64,000 bases of DNA from the human T2T-CHM13v2.0 reference genome, Homo sapiens. Location: the NCBI RefSeq assembly GCF_009914755.1, contig NC_060925.1, one strand, 5' to 3'. The position numbers were made by a program, and so were the translations under genes. A model generated the notes under the pieces. The model saw only the letters and a program-made list of their open reading frames with translations. It did not search any database and was not told where the DNA came from. Positions 46,260 through 62,809 of the stretch are shown here, piece by piece; the first letter of the stretch is position 1, and each line of letters starts with the position of its first letter.

Positions 46260-46368
46260 TTTTTTTTTTTTTTTGAAAGACAGGGTCTGGAATTCCTGTG
46301 CTCAAGAGATCCTCCCACCTCAACCTCCCATGTAGCTGGGATTACATTTGCGTGCCACCATACCTGGC
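46260..46368 (-). mobile_element. FLAM-like monomer inside Tigger1
   Basis: T tail plus a single deleted arm. Confidence 0.75.
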
Positions 46369-46889
46369 TGATGCCAATTTTGAAGGAAGTTTCCCTGTGG
46401 GTAAAGTACTATCAAACAGCATCATATGCAACAGAGAGGTCTTTTGTGAAAGGAAGAGTCGATCAATGTGGCAAACTTCATTGTTGTCTTATTTTAAGAA
46501 ACTGCCCCAGCCACCCCAAGACCCTCCATCAGCAAAAAGATTACAAGTCACTAAAGGCTCCCATGATCATTAACATTTTTTAGCAATGAAATATTTTTAA
46601 ATTAAGGTGTGTACATTGTTGTAGACATAATACTATTGCACACGTACTAGATTATAGTAACATAATTTTATATGCCCTGGGAAACTAAAAAATTCATGTG
46701 ACTCACTTTATTGTGATATTCACTTTATTGCAGTGGCCTGGACCTGAACCTGCAATATCTCCAAGAGATGTCTGTAATTGAAGTGACAGTAAGAAGAGGG
46801 AAGGAATGCCACTTTCCTGTGTTGAGCTTGTTCTTATAGGGTCTCTTGTTCTTGTACAAAGCTGTGAGTCTAACCCATGCTGCACTGAG

Positions 46890-47190
46890 GCAGGATAGTA
46901 TAGTGAGATGGAGACTCACAGATCTGGGTTCAAATTCTGGTTTTGCTACATATATATCTGCATGGGTTGGGGCAAATCACTTAACCTCTCCAAGGCTGAT
47001 TCCCTGCAGGCTCCCACCCCTACCTCTTATAGAATGAAAAAGTGACACCAACCACCTAAGAAGCTTGGAGTAGTCAGTAAATGAGATTGTAGATGTATGC
47101 ATGTGCGTTTGTGCATGTTTGTATTTATATAAGTGCTTAGTATAGTGCCTGGCACAAAGCTCAATAAACAGTAGCTATTGTTACTGAATA
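46890..47190 (+). mobile_element. MIR
   Basis: gatctgggttcaaattctgg...aagtgcttagtatagtgcctggcaca. Confidence 0.75.
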
Positions 47191-47619
47191 TAATCAAGTG
47201 TTTCTTAATTTTCACATGTTATATGGACTTTTAGATTAATTCCACTGTCATCAGAGAACATATTGCAGATAGTTTGACAAGTGCTGAAACAAGGGAAATA
47301 CAGGTTAATATGGGTGGAAATAACAGGAACACCTGACATTTAGGCAGGCTGCCTGCAGAATGATTGTAAGCATAAAACTGAAGGATAAGTGGGATATTCT
47401 GCCAGAGAAGGTGTGTAGGTAGGCGTGTGTGTGTTGGCCAGAGTAGTGGCTGAAGGACTTCAGCCTCATGGGGGAGGCCCATATGTGTAATTTAGTAGGT
47501 TCAGTGTATTTTAGTAAATGTTATGATGAAGGGAAGCTTGGGAATTTGGGGAGCACATCAAAGCCTAATGGATCTGCTTCATGAAGTTATGGGTATATAA
47601 TGCTAAACAATATGTCCCA

Positions 47620-47840
47620 ATGATTAAGCATGTGGATCTCAGACTTGGATTTGAATCCTCTTCTGCCTCTTAATAATCATTTTTCCTCGGACAAGACACT
47701 AACCTTCTCTAAGTCTCAGTTTTCTCATCTATACAATGGGGTTAAAAATCCCTGCCTTGTGCAATCAGTATGAAGTCATCTGAGATCATGTATGCCAAGC
47801 AATTAGCACAAGACAGGTATCAGGGCTCTGTTAGTGGGAA
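47620..47840 (+). mobile_element. MIR
   Basis: tctctaagtctcagttttctcatctatacaatgggg. Confidence 0.75.
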
Positions 47841-48329
47841 TGGGTACGGGTTTTTACAACGTCACCTGGCCCACCATGGGAATGTCTGCTGCTACAGAAC
47901 ACCCAGGAAGCAGAAGGTGGAGAGGGAAGTAGACAAGAATATCCAGGAACCTTCCAGAAGGAGCCTATGGGCACAGCACACTGTGGCCATGGTAGACCCC
48001 ACCAAGCTTGTGATTGCAGAAAAGCTGCATGTGTGGAGCATCAGTTTCAGAGGATTTGGACCCTTTTCCCAGCTCCGCATAGACTCATTCAATGAACTTG
48101 GACTTCCTGGGTCTCCATTTCCCTAAGTGAAAAATGCAAAGGGAATTTTCAAGGTAAATTGGATTCCTACCTCTCTCTCTCTCTCATGCATGGAGAATTA
48201 GATTAAGAAGAATTCAGAAGCTTTGTCCACATTCAATAGAATGGAGCATTCAGATGACTCTGGGGTTGGCAGTGAGTTGCAAGGGAACAGTAGCCATGGA
48301 CTTCACATCTCTGGCTCACCAGTTGGCCC

Positions 48330-48510
48330 CTAACGCTTGCCGTGTGCTTATTTTGTATCAGATACCACGTTAAGTGCCTTACGTGAGTCACCTCATTTAA
48401 CTCTCTTAGTAGCCCTATAAGGCAGGAACTATTATTATTCTAATTTTACAAATGAGGAATCTGTCACAGAGAGGTTAAGTAATTTGCCTTATGTCCCATA
48501 GTTGTTAGTT
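48330..48510 (-). mobile_element. MIR
   Basis: attttacaaatgaggaatctgtcacagagaggttaagtaatttgcc. Confidence 0.8.
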
Positions 48511-48713
48511 GTGGCCAATGTCTTTTCCAGCTCTTATAGTCTACCTAGATTGGAAGCTCTCTTTGAGGAGGAGCCTTATCATATTTATTTTTGAGTCCCC
48601 AAGGCCTAGAAGGCTTTCAGACTGTGTTTACTGCTTTGCTGAAGTCAGTGGTTTTAACTGTAAATCAAAGGTCCAAAACATAGAATCACTTGGTGAGCTT
48701 AGAAAGTGGCTCA

Positions 48714-49015
<302 letters not shown>

Positions 49016-49038
49016 TGCAGTTCGCACGCCTGGGCTAG

Positions 49039-49395
<357 letters not shown>

Positions 49396-49755
49396 ACAAT
49401 ATTCTGATCCTTTACCAAATGCTAGCCCTTCTCCCCTCTTTCTGCTTCTTGGCACTGGGGGGTGCTGTTGGATAGTTTAAAAAGTAGTATTTCTTCCACT
49501 CCTGGTTTTTTTTTTTTTTTTTTTTTAATTTGTCTTGTGTATTTCGTCTCAAAAACTTGGTGGAGAGTTGATGAAATGGACAACAGCCTGAACTAGCCTT
49601 CCTGTGGCTCTCTTCAGAATGTTAACCATTGGCGTTTAGGCAGGCAGATATAGAAAGTTTCTGGTGACTCTGCAGTTTAATTCCTTTTTCAGCCTTCCTC
49701 CAGGAGCAGTTTATCTTTGTTCAGGAGGACGATGTTTATAAGGAATTATGTGAGG

Positions 49756-50229
49756 TGTGGCAGGCTAAATAATGAACCTCCAAAGATGTTCATGTCCTAA
49801 CCCCCACAAACCTGTGAATCTGTCACCTCACTTTGCAGGAGGGACCTTGCAGATGTGATTAAGGTAAGGATCTTGAGATAGGAAGATTATCCTGGTGGAC
49901 CCTATGTAATCACAAAGGTGCTTAAATACTGGAAGGGGAAGGCAGAAGGTTAGGGTAAGAGAAGGAGAGTTGAGAATAAACGGAAGAGTCAGAGTCAGAG
50001 AGTTGTGAAAATGCCCCACTGCTGGCTTTGAAGATGGAAGAAGGGGCTGCCAGTCATGGAATTAAGGCAGCCTGTAGAGCTGGAAGTGGGTTTTCCTCTA
50101 GAACTTCCAAAAGGAAGGAGGCTCTGCTGATGCCTCAATTTTAGCCCAGTGAAACCCATTTTGGACTTCTGACCTACAGAATAGTAATATAGTAAATTCG
50201 CACTGTTTTAAGAGACTATGTGGTAATTT
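49756..50229 (+). mobile_element. MLT1D-like MaLR solo LTR
   Basis: tgtggcaggctaaataatg...gcagatgtgattaag...gctggctttgaagatggaag...ttttagcccagtga. Confidence 0.85.
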
Positions 50230-51699
50230 TAATTTTCATCTTTACAAAGATCCCCAAAATTACAAGAATAAAATTGTTACCCTCGATTTAACAAATGAGG
50301 AAAGAAAGACCTAGATTTTGAGTTACTTTCTCGGTGGCACTGAAAACTCAAGGCAGGGTGGTGACAAGGCCCCAGGTTTCCTGATTTCTGCTTTGTTCTC
50401 TTCACTAGGGCATAGAGGGCAACATGTCATAACAGGCAGAACTCCTTGGAAGTTGTCTAGCTCAGGGATGGTAAACAGGTTTTATTTGCTTCATGTGCCA
50501 ACTCTGGACTATTGGTGGCACTGTACTGTGTCCTGCTTACCGGAAAAGGGTGCTGTGATTGATTAGCAATGTCTGCATGGGCTTTGGATGGGTAAGTCTC
50601 CCATGGCAACATGTGTGTCATGCATTTGCTGTACCTCAGCTAATCCAACCCTCTCATTTAACCAACTAAGAATGGAATCCCAGAGAGGGGAATTGACTTA
50701 TTCAAAATTATACAATGAACTAGAGACAGAGCTGGGATAATGGTTTTTCTCACTTACTGTCCAGCTCCCAGGGTCACCAATCAGATTTAAAGATTCCAAC
50801 TTCCTTTTTCTTACCTTAGCAGGACTTCCATTGCTTAAATGGAAACCATTGAGGCAGCCTGGAACATTTATAACCATAGCCTTTCATCTCATCTATGATG
50901 CTGTGTAGTATTAAACAAGTTGACTGGTTTTTCTTTGTGCTTACAGATTAATCTGTTTCCACTAGATGTCTTCCCCTATCTCAAGGAGACTGGACAGTTC
51001 AAGCATTGTGAAGTTCCCTAACTAGATGTTGCCTAGGAAATGGCCGCCGAGAAAGTTGCAATGAAACACCTTGGCATTGAATGTATAGAGACCTTGACAG
51101 GCTGCTTGAGTTGGTAAATTGAGGTCTCTGTGTGTTTCCCTGAGAGGAAAAAAGAATGGCTAGATTTGCACTTTGCAAGAAATAAAAGAAGCGATCCTTT
51201 TACCTATGAGGTTATAAAACCCTGGCTTGATTTTGACATATGACTGGGCATTTCATATGGGCTTTTGGCCCTTTGTGGATGAGGCTGGGTTGCTCCCAGG
51301 TAATCATAAGCTCCGGGCCTTTTGGATTTGACGGAGGGCAGTGACTTAGGGTTGACACAAATTATTCCACTTGGCTCTTCAAGCCAACTGTAGCCTCCTT
51401 AGGCCCTAGGATGTATGAACGGTTTGTAAACTGTAAAGTGCCTTGCAAATGAGAAGTAGAACTCCCATTGTCTTAGCAACAACATAAATTACTTTTGCAT
51501 TTTTCAGAGTGGGGACTAGGGGGAAAAATAGGAAGCTGTGGGAAATTTTGCTTATCAGTTACATGAATTCTTTTGCATCATTGAGTCAGTACACTGGGTT
51601 TTCCAGTAGAAAAGTTACAAACCACAAATGAAGAACCAAATCATAAAAAAATTAGTTTTTATGGCTTAGTATTACTATTGCCCTAAAACTTAACAGTTT

Positions 51700-52330
51700 A
51701 TTTTTTCCTAACACTCCACAGCATTTCAGAGTTTACAAAGTCCTTTCACATATATCATCCTGTTGACTTTCTATAACAAGTAGAAAGGGGTATTTTCCCC
51801 CTCTCAGAGAAGAGGAAACAGAAGGCCAGAGAGGTTGAGTCACCGGTGGAAGGTCAGGTGTTGAGTCACTGGAGAGGTGGGGAATTGAACCAGGGTCTTC
51901 GGGTGTTGAATCCAGTAGTATTTCCATCCCATGGCTGTGGTCTTCCCAGGGTGAGTGTGGTTACTTGGTGTCTTGAGAGAGGAGTGGAGATCAGGGCCAG
52001 GGGAGAGATACACGTGGTTGGAGCAGCAATGTGGAACTCGGGTTGGGCTCACACTGGTGAGAGGCTGGGCAGGCAGGATTCTGGGGGCCAAGGACAGGGC
52101 ACAGCCAAGAGTTTGGCTTGGCAGCAGCCACAATAGTTGGGTTATGGGCTACATAATGCGCTGAAGGCTTTGTACGAATAATCTCATTTAATCTGTGGCA
52201 AATGCTGTTATTTTTTAGGATGTGGAATCTGAGTCAGGTCAGAGAGGTTAAAGATCTTGCCTTAAGTCACACGGCTTAGTAAGGGATGGAGCCCAGATTA
52301 GAAACGTGGTATATTACACTTTGAAGCTTA
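51700..52330 (-). mobile_element. Two MIR relics (~51700-51930 and ~52150-52330)
   Basis: gaagaggaaacagaaggccagagaggttgagt; cagagaggttaaagatcttgccttaagtcacac. Confidence 0.65.
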
Positions 52331-52499
52331 TGCCTCTGACTGCCACATGAAGCAGAACTGTGAGTCCATGAGCGTGGTACTGGGAAGTAGGCTTGTAAAA
52401 GCTGGGTGGGGCCAGCTGAGGAGGCTCTGAAATGCCAGACTGGGGAGCTTTGAGCATTGTCTTGTAGGCAGTGGGGAGCCACTGGCTGTGAAAGCAGAG

Positions 52500-53160
52500 C
52501 GGAGGTGTTCTCCTTCCTGAGTAAAACGGACGTTTCACTCAGAAGTCGAGTGGGCACGTGCGGTAGTTGCTGTGGCACCATCTCCATTGACTGTCATGCT
52601 GCTTCATCCCCTCTGCAGAGGGTGAGTCTCACTGTTTCCGCTATATTTTTCCAATTTCTTTTTAAAATAAAAGCCATTTCAGAGCCTCTTTTGGTCTCAT
52701 AAATTCTGGAGCCATTCTTGCCGAGGGCTTAGTGAGGGTCCTGTAAGGATGCAGAGGGACAGCCGTGGGCCCCGCTGCGTTGTGCATGTGTCTCTGGCTG
52801 GCAGCTCCTATAAAGCTGTTCCCTGGGGAAAGCACTCTTTGCCATCCTCACTGACTTCATACGCCCCTAAATAATCCTTGTGGGTGTAAGTGCTCCCATG
52901 GGGCCTCTCGGGAGAAAAGAACGTTCCTGAAACCGAAACTGGGCTGACGTTCATGCATCTCAAGCTCCTCAGTCATGCTGACGAGGGGACCATTTCCTGC
53001 TTGCCCATCCAGGCGGTCATCACTGACGCTACAGGGGCCTGGACTAGACTCCTCACTGCTGGCACATCAGAGCAGAGGCGGCTTCTTGGGGCTCTGGGAA
53101 CTCACCTGTACCTGTATCTGAGGAGTGACGTGTTAGGTGTGAAGTAAAGGAGCTGGAGTG
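52500..53160. promoter_or_regulatory. Candidate inducible enhancer/promoter (ISRE, 4x TGACG, TATA, EBF site)
   Basis: GAAACCGAAACTG 52929-52941; TGACG at 52945, 52979, 53024, 53126; TATAAAG 52809; TCCCTGGGGA 52820; CpG-retaining unique DNA; motif evidence only. Confidence 0.5.
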
Positions 53161-53445
53161 ACCTGGTCATCCTTCACTGTGATGTGTGGCTTTATGTCTG
53201 TGGCCCTTCTATCCTCATCAGTCATAGCAGAGCATCTCTGTATGTTGCTTTATACTTTATAAAGATTCTACACGCATACAAGCTCATTGAACACTCACAC
53301 AGCAACCCTGGGAAGTAAAAATTACTATCTGTAATTTATAGGTCAGAGCACTGAGCCTCAGAGGACATCTCTTGGTGGCTTGGGACAAATTCAGTCTACT
53401 ATCCTCTTTCTTTGCCCTACAAATGATTAATTGAGTGAAATGGGA

Positions 53446-53611
53446 TTTTACTTTATTTATTGTAAGAATTGGCATCTTGCTCTGTTGCCCAGGCCGGAGT
53501 GCAGTGGTGCCCTCATAGCTCACTGTAGTTGCAAACTCCTGGGATCGCGGGATCTTCCTACCTCAGCCTCTTGAGTAGCTGGGACTACAGGCGCATCCCA
53601 TAACACTCAGC
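53446..53611 (-). mobile_element. FRAM / AluJ right monomer
   Basis: TSD aaatgggatttta. Confidence 0.85.
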
Positions 53612-53699
53612 TTAAAATGGGATTTTAAAGACTACCAAGCCAGGCATGAGGGGGAAAGCAGTGCTTAGAGACACTGCCAGTGTGCTGCCTTGCAGAAGG

Positions 53700-54005
53700 A
53701 CTGTGCGTTGGGTGCCCGTCATTTGTTCCTCAGCACCATTCCCTTCCCTAACAGACTGCTTCCATGGGCTTCAGCAGCCTCTAACTTTTGAACAAGGCAC
53801 AGGCAGGAAATTGGGGTAGGAGGGACAGAGGGCATTCTCCCAGCCAGAAGACCAGAGGTGGCTAAGTTCTAGGCAGCGCAGCTGCGGCTAACCCCAGGGC
53901 ACTTCACTACCCTTGCTGGTTTCCTTAAAGTCTGCTCACATCTTTAAGAATAGTCCCTTTATTATAGATTTGAGTGTACTCCCTGCTTCCTGCTGGGAAC
54001 TCACA
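53700..54005 (+). mobile_element. LTR33-like relic
   Basis: cccttgctggtttccttaaagtctgctcaca...aatagtccctttatta...cttcctgctggg. Confidence 0.55.
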
Positions 54006-54695
54006 CAGCTCATTACACAGGTAGTGAACTAACTTAAAATGGTTCGTCACACGCAATAATGGGGGTATTGAATGTAAATGTCTGGTATTGATCTGTGAGT
54101 TGGAGAAGGTTGGGCTGTGTGTATGTGAGGCCAGGTCTCTCCTGGCTCTAGTTGGTAGACTTGAATCTTTTCCCGTTAGCCTCCTTTTCTTCTACTTCCT
54201 GCCCGGTGAGGAATTCTCCACATAGTAAAATTTCCAGGTAGTGAAATGTCCACTGTAAATGCTCTGGATTTGTAGCGAGTGACTCAGGGGCAAGGCAGAA
54301 TTTATTCTGGAGCCAGCAGTGCCTGCTTCATGCCCCGTGTCCACTGGGGGCAGGGGAGGTGCCAGTGGTAGTTCCCAGGGTCCAGCAGTGGCAGCAGTGG
54401 CACCCTTACCAGATTGTGCGGGATCTAGCAAAGATTTAACTTAGAACCTGTGCCATTCTCTAAAAGAGATAATTTGTGAAGTGTATGTGGTGATTATCAT
54501 AGCAAACCCTGGCCAAAGCAGAAAAACAAGAACATTCATGAAAACTCCCAGGTCTGAGGCAGCTCTGTTCTGATTTCCAGATCATACTAGGAATGATCTC
54601 CCTCTCTTCAAGGTAGTGGACAGTTAATGCCACAGCCCTATGTTCTGATCAGAACCTATCTTTTGTGTTTGCAGTAGATTGTTAAAAATGGTTCA

Positions 54696-55323
54696 TGTAT
54701 TTTCAGGGTTCTCCAAAGAAACAGAACTAATAGTGTGTATATATACACTACTTTATACAAACACAGACACAGACACATGCTTTTTAATATATATACACAC
54801 ACTGTTATATATATATATATATACACACATACACTATTATATATGTATATGTTTGTGTATGTGTATACACATATGCAGAGCAAGAGAGAGAACATGAGAG
54901 AGAAAGAGAGAGAGGTTTATTTTAATGAATTGGCTCCCATGATTGAGGGGCCTGGTAAGTCTAAAGCCTGGATGACTGCTCAATAGGCTGGCAATTCAAT
55001 AGAGCTGATGTAGTCTTGAGTCCAAAATCTGTGCGACAGGCCAGCATGCTGGAAACCCAGGCAGAAACTCCACTGCTTCTTTGTTGCAGACTTGAGGTAG
55101 AATGGCTTCTTTTTCAGGAAATCTGTGTTTTTGCTCTTAAAGCCTTCAACTGATTGGATGAGGTCCACCCACATTATTGAGGGAAATTTGCTTCAATTAA
55201 AGTCAATTGATTATAAATATTAATCGCATCCACAAATACCTTCACCCCAACATCTAGACTTGTGTTTGACCACACCTGGGCCCCACAGCCTAGCCAAGAG
55301 AGCACATCAGGTTAACCATCCCA
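54696..55323 (-). mobile_element. MLT2-type ERVL solo LTR with internal (TA/CA/GA)n tract
   Basis: cagggttctccaaagaaacagaac...ccttcaactgattggatgagg...ttaaccatc. Confidence 0.88.
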
Positions 55324-55329
55324 GCCCCA

Positions 55330-55720
55330 GTGGATCATTTCTCCTAGGTCCATGTCCTTCATGATGTGATCTTGCTTGCCCCTCCCAACAAAGGCTGAAG
55401 TTGATCTCTGTGTTCTCTTGAATCTAGTCTGCACTTGTTACTTGCTTTGGCCTGTTGTAGAATGCAGCAGAATTGACACTCTGAGATGAAGGAGCCTTTT
55501 AAGAAGACTTTGTTTTCAGTCAGAGGGAAACACATGTGCCATGGCAAGAAGAGACAGGCCATGGAGAAGAACATAGACCCTGCATGGAGCAGAGAGGAGT
55601 GGTTCTCACTAAGCCCTGCCAGAATTCCTGATCCTCAGAATGAAGTGCAAAGAAAATGGGTGTTGCTTTAAACCACTAAGGCTGGGGGTGGTTTATTATA
55701 CAGCAATGGAAAACTGAAAT
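55330..55720 (+). mobile_element. MLT1G/H-like LTR; its 5' end probably lies at ~54670, split by the MLT2
   Basis: cttgaatctagtctg...ttgctttggcc...aaaccactaag...tacagcaatggaaaactgaaa. Confidence 0.65.
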
Positions 55721-56255
55721 GCTATTGCATTCCGTTTTAGTTGACACACTGGGCGACAGGGTTGGAGCCCATGAATTCACAAATACTGAACAAATATTTT
55801 TATAATAAATACTTTGTGCATCATTGCTTATTGGAAGGCGCTCACCCTTGGATCTGAGTTTGGACCTTGACCCTGTGGGTAATCTTTCTAAATGTCAGTT
55901 TCCAAATGGTGGAAAAAAACAGAATATCATGAGTATCAAAGGAGATAATGAATATAAAGCATGTGGGACATGTGAGTACCCGACAGATGGTGGCTATTAG
56001 TTTACTTTTATTACTGCAAAGAGGGCAGGGTCCTTGCTTTCAATACGACCACAATTTAGTAAGGAAGTATAATTAATTATTGGGCTGAATATGATAATTA
56101 AAAATCTAACCATAACACAGAGGATTGGAGAGGGAGAGAGGCATTCCTTCCAGGGAGTGGCTTCCTAAAGGAGGTGGCATTTGAACCAGGACTAGAAAAA
56201 GATTTTAGCAAGCTAGCATTCTAAATGACAGGCAGTCATAAATGGCAGCAAATCC

Positions 56256-56546
<291 letters not shown>

Positions 56547-56949
56547 GGCAGCAATTCTTGTACTTGAGGTTTTCTGTGTTATCCGATTTTATTCCTTGTT
56601 TGTCTCTGCAGCCTTTTCTTCTTAAAGTGCAATACACACACAGATCAGAGCCGAGCAATACAAGTGGGAGGTGGCCAAGGGAAGGCAAAGTGCTCCCATA
56701 TGGCCTCCCCCGAGGCTGGGCCTGTGGTGAGCAGGGGGCTCAGGATCTGTCCTGCATTTGCCCCAAAGTTTGCAGCCCCCAGTACCATTGGTCTGAGTGT
56801 TAACAGGGATTCACCATCTTGGATTTCAGAGCCACTAGGAGGGCTGGGCTCTAGCCAGATGCACCCAGCATTTTGCCTTCATAAATCCTTCTGGATCAGG
56901 CAGCATCTTGGATTAGATATAATCCAGCAGGGGTGGCAGTGGACGTGTC

Positions 56950-57185
56950 AGGCAGGGGCCTTGGCAATGGAATCTTCAGCCCTTCCTGAGTTACCCTTTC
57001 AATCTCCAGCTCCATTACAGTTTTTGTGACTTTGTTTAGTTACTTCACTTCTCTGTGCCCACTTTCCTTCTCTGTAAAATGAAGATAATTACACCTCTTT
57101 TCTAGGCCGCTGTGAGGAAGAGATGTAATACCATGTGGGGAGCGTCAAGCCCCATGCCTGGCATGCTGTGGGCCCTCAGCGTGTG
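56950..57185 (+). mobile_element. MIR
   Basis: ttacttcacttctctgtgcccactttccttctctgtaaaatgaagataat. Confidence 0.75.
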
Positions 57186-57384
57186 CTCTTTCCTTTTCTC
57201 TTCCCCTCCCACCATCACTGCTTGGCTTCACTTCAAGCAATGCCTCTGCCCCTTGGCTTTCTCAGAAGTGCTGACTCCTTGGCTGCGGCTCACTCTTAGC
57301 AGCCTCTGTTGGTGGGAGGAGTGTGGGCCTCATAGTATGTGAAAAGATGGCAGGCTTTGAGGAAGAAGGACCTGAGTTCAAATC

Positions 57385-57676
57385 TTTTTTTCTTTTTAGA
57401 GACCGGGTCTTGCTCTGTAGCCTAGGCTGGAGTGTAGTGGTGAGATTATAGCTCACTGTATCCTTGAACTCCTGGGCTCAAGCCATCCTCTTGCTTCAGC
57501 CTTCTGAGTAACTGGGACTACAGGTGCATCCCACTAAGCTAATTTTTAATTTTTTTTGTAGAGATATGGGTCTCACTATGTTGCCTAGACTGGCCTCAAA
57601 TTCCTGGCTTCAAGTGATCCTCCTGCCTTGCCCTCCCAAAGTGTTAGGATTACAGGTGTGAGCCACTGTGCCTGGT
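57385..57676 (-). mobile_element. AluJ inserted in a plus-strand MIR (~57330-57850)
   Basis: TSD ctgagttcaaatctt. Confidence 0.92.
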
Positions 57677-58251
57677 TCTGAGTTCAAATCTTGATGCAGT
57701 CATTCACTAACTGGGTGGCCTCAGAAAAATTACTTGCACTTGCTAAGCTTCTGTTTTCTTACTTGAAAAATGATATCTAAATATCTACTTTATGCAGTCC
57801 TTATGAGATGAGATGACTTAATGAATGAAACATCCCCAACCCAGTGCTTAATAAACATTTCACCCCTTCACTTAGGAGCATGTAGTACCCCATCATGTTC
57901 CAACTTGTATTTTGATCTACAATTCTGATTTCTATATGTATTTAGTAGACAATAACCAAATGGACTGAATTTAATGAGACCTCTAGAGTTTGTGGCCTCC
58001 GGTGACTTATCTGGAAGACGGAACACAGTATTGAGTGAAGTTTTCTGTTGGTCTGTCCTTGATGCCTGGTTGCCTTGGTTAACTGGAGCCAGTTCTCCCA
58101 GGTTAGATTCTAGGAGTGGTGTGGTCCAGGGAGGAGCTGGATTTGTGATCACTTCTTGCCAGTAGATTCTGCCCCAGGCCCTGGGGCTAGAGATAAATAA
58201 GAGAATTTCTGTCTCTCAGTAACTCAGAGTTTATCAGAAAAGACCAGCTAA

Positions 58252-61579
<3,328 letters not shown>

Positions 61580-62074
61580 AGAAAAGACCAGCTAATACAA
61601 TGAAAAGTTCTGACCTTATGGTTTGGGATACAGATATGGTCCTTCTCAGTGGTATCCCAGAGTACAATCTTCTCGTTACCCCTGTCCTGCTCTTACTTGG
61701 AGGAAGCCCATGCCTTCTCCTCCAGTAACCTCATTATGACTCCATGGAAACTTACTAGTGTGTGTGGAGAGGCCAAGTCCTATAGACTCCCAGGTCATCA
61801 CAAGAACACTGTGGTCAGACCTTACCCTTCAAGACAGGAGGTGCCCTACCTTCCGCTGGAGATGGCTTGCCTTGAGATGGGCTGATGACTGCCAGGGTGG
61901 TTGGAGTGGGGAATTGGTGTAGCAATGGCAGTGATGAGAATCCGAAGGGGCCTTTGCCTTTATTTTTCTTGCTACTCCTGTCCAGGTTTCTTCAAAGAAG
62001 GAAGGTTCTCTTCCCCAAGGTTAAACTTGGTAACTAATCACACAGACAAAATCTTGCCTGGTAATCATGGCCAG

Positions 62075-62745
62075 GTATGGCCGAAAATGCTGGTGCTCAG
62101 CAATATTCATGTTCTTTTCTTCTTCGTGGGCATGGAGCTCAACTATGGTTCCAGACTACCTTGAAGTTAGGTGTTATCGTGTAAGTGTGTTCTTGCCAGG
62201 GGAACATGAGTGGAGGTGACTGCACAACTTCTAGAATTGGCTCACATGTGGTGTTTGCTCTTTCCTGACCTGCTTGCTGTATGGAGAAGTCTCCGAGGAC
62301 CTACATTGAAGGGTTCTGGGTTCCTGAACAACGCATAGAGTAAGACCTCCCACCCCCACCAACTGCAGTGGGAGAAGCAAGCCTTTTTTTTTTCTTTTTT
62401 CTTTTTTTTTTTTTGAGATGGAGTCTCGCCCTGTCGCCTAGGCTGGAGTGCAGTGATGTGAACTTGGCTCACTGCAACCTCTGCCTCCTGGGTTCAAGTG
62501 TTCCTCCAGCCTCAGTCTCCCCAGTAGCTGGGATTACAGGCATGTGCCGCTGCATCCAGCTGATTTTTGTATTTTTAGTAGAGATGGGGTTTCACCATGT
62601 TGCCCAAGCTGGCCTTGAACTTCTGATCTCAGGTGATCCATCTGCCTTGGCCTCCCAAAGTGCTGGGATTACAAGCGTTGGTCACCGCGCCTGACCGAGA
62701 AGTAAACCTTTAATGATGTTAAGCCATTGATTTAGGTACTTGAGT
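62075..62745 (+). mobile_element. MLT1I/J-like LTR split by an Alu
   Basis: ccttgaagttagg...catgagtggaggtga...ctgggttcctga...gttaagccattga. Confidence 0.65.
62383..62696 (-). mobile_element. AluSx-like
   Basis: TSD gagaag(c/t)aa(g/a)ccttt. Confidence 0.92.
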
Positions 62746-62809
62746 GATTTTCTCTAAAAGTGACTTGCTGCCTTATTTCTAGATACGACAGAAACTGACC
62801 TCACTTTAA

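Larger units (their letters stand above)
44301..46774 (+). mobile_element. Near full-length Tigger1 DNA transposon, transposase disrupted
   Basis: ORF 44967-45374 [26 protein letters not shown] is the Tigger1/pogo CENP-B-type region; right TIR gcaatatctccaagagatgtctg followed by TA; stops and frameshifts. Confidence 0.93.

Noticed and set aside
49451-49467. CTCF-like GGCACTGGGGGGTGCTG
   Set aside because: Three mismatches to the core consensus; not supportable without ChIP data
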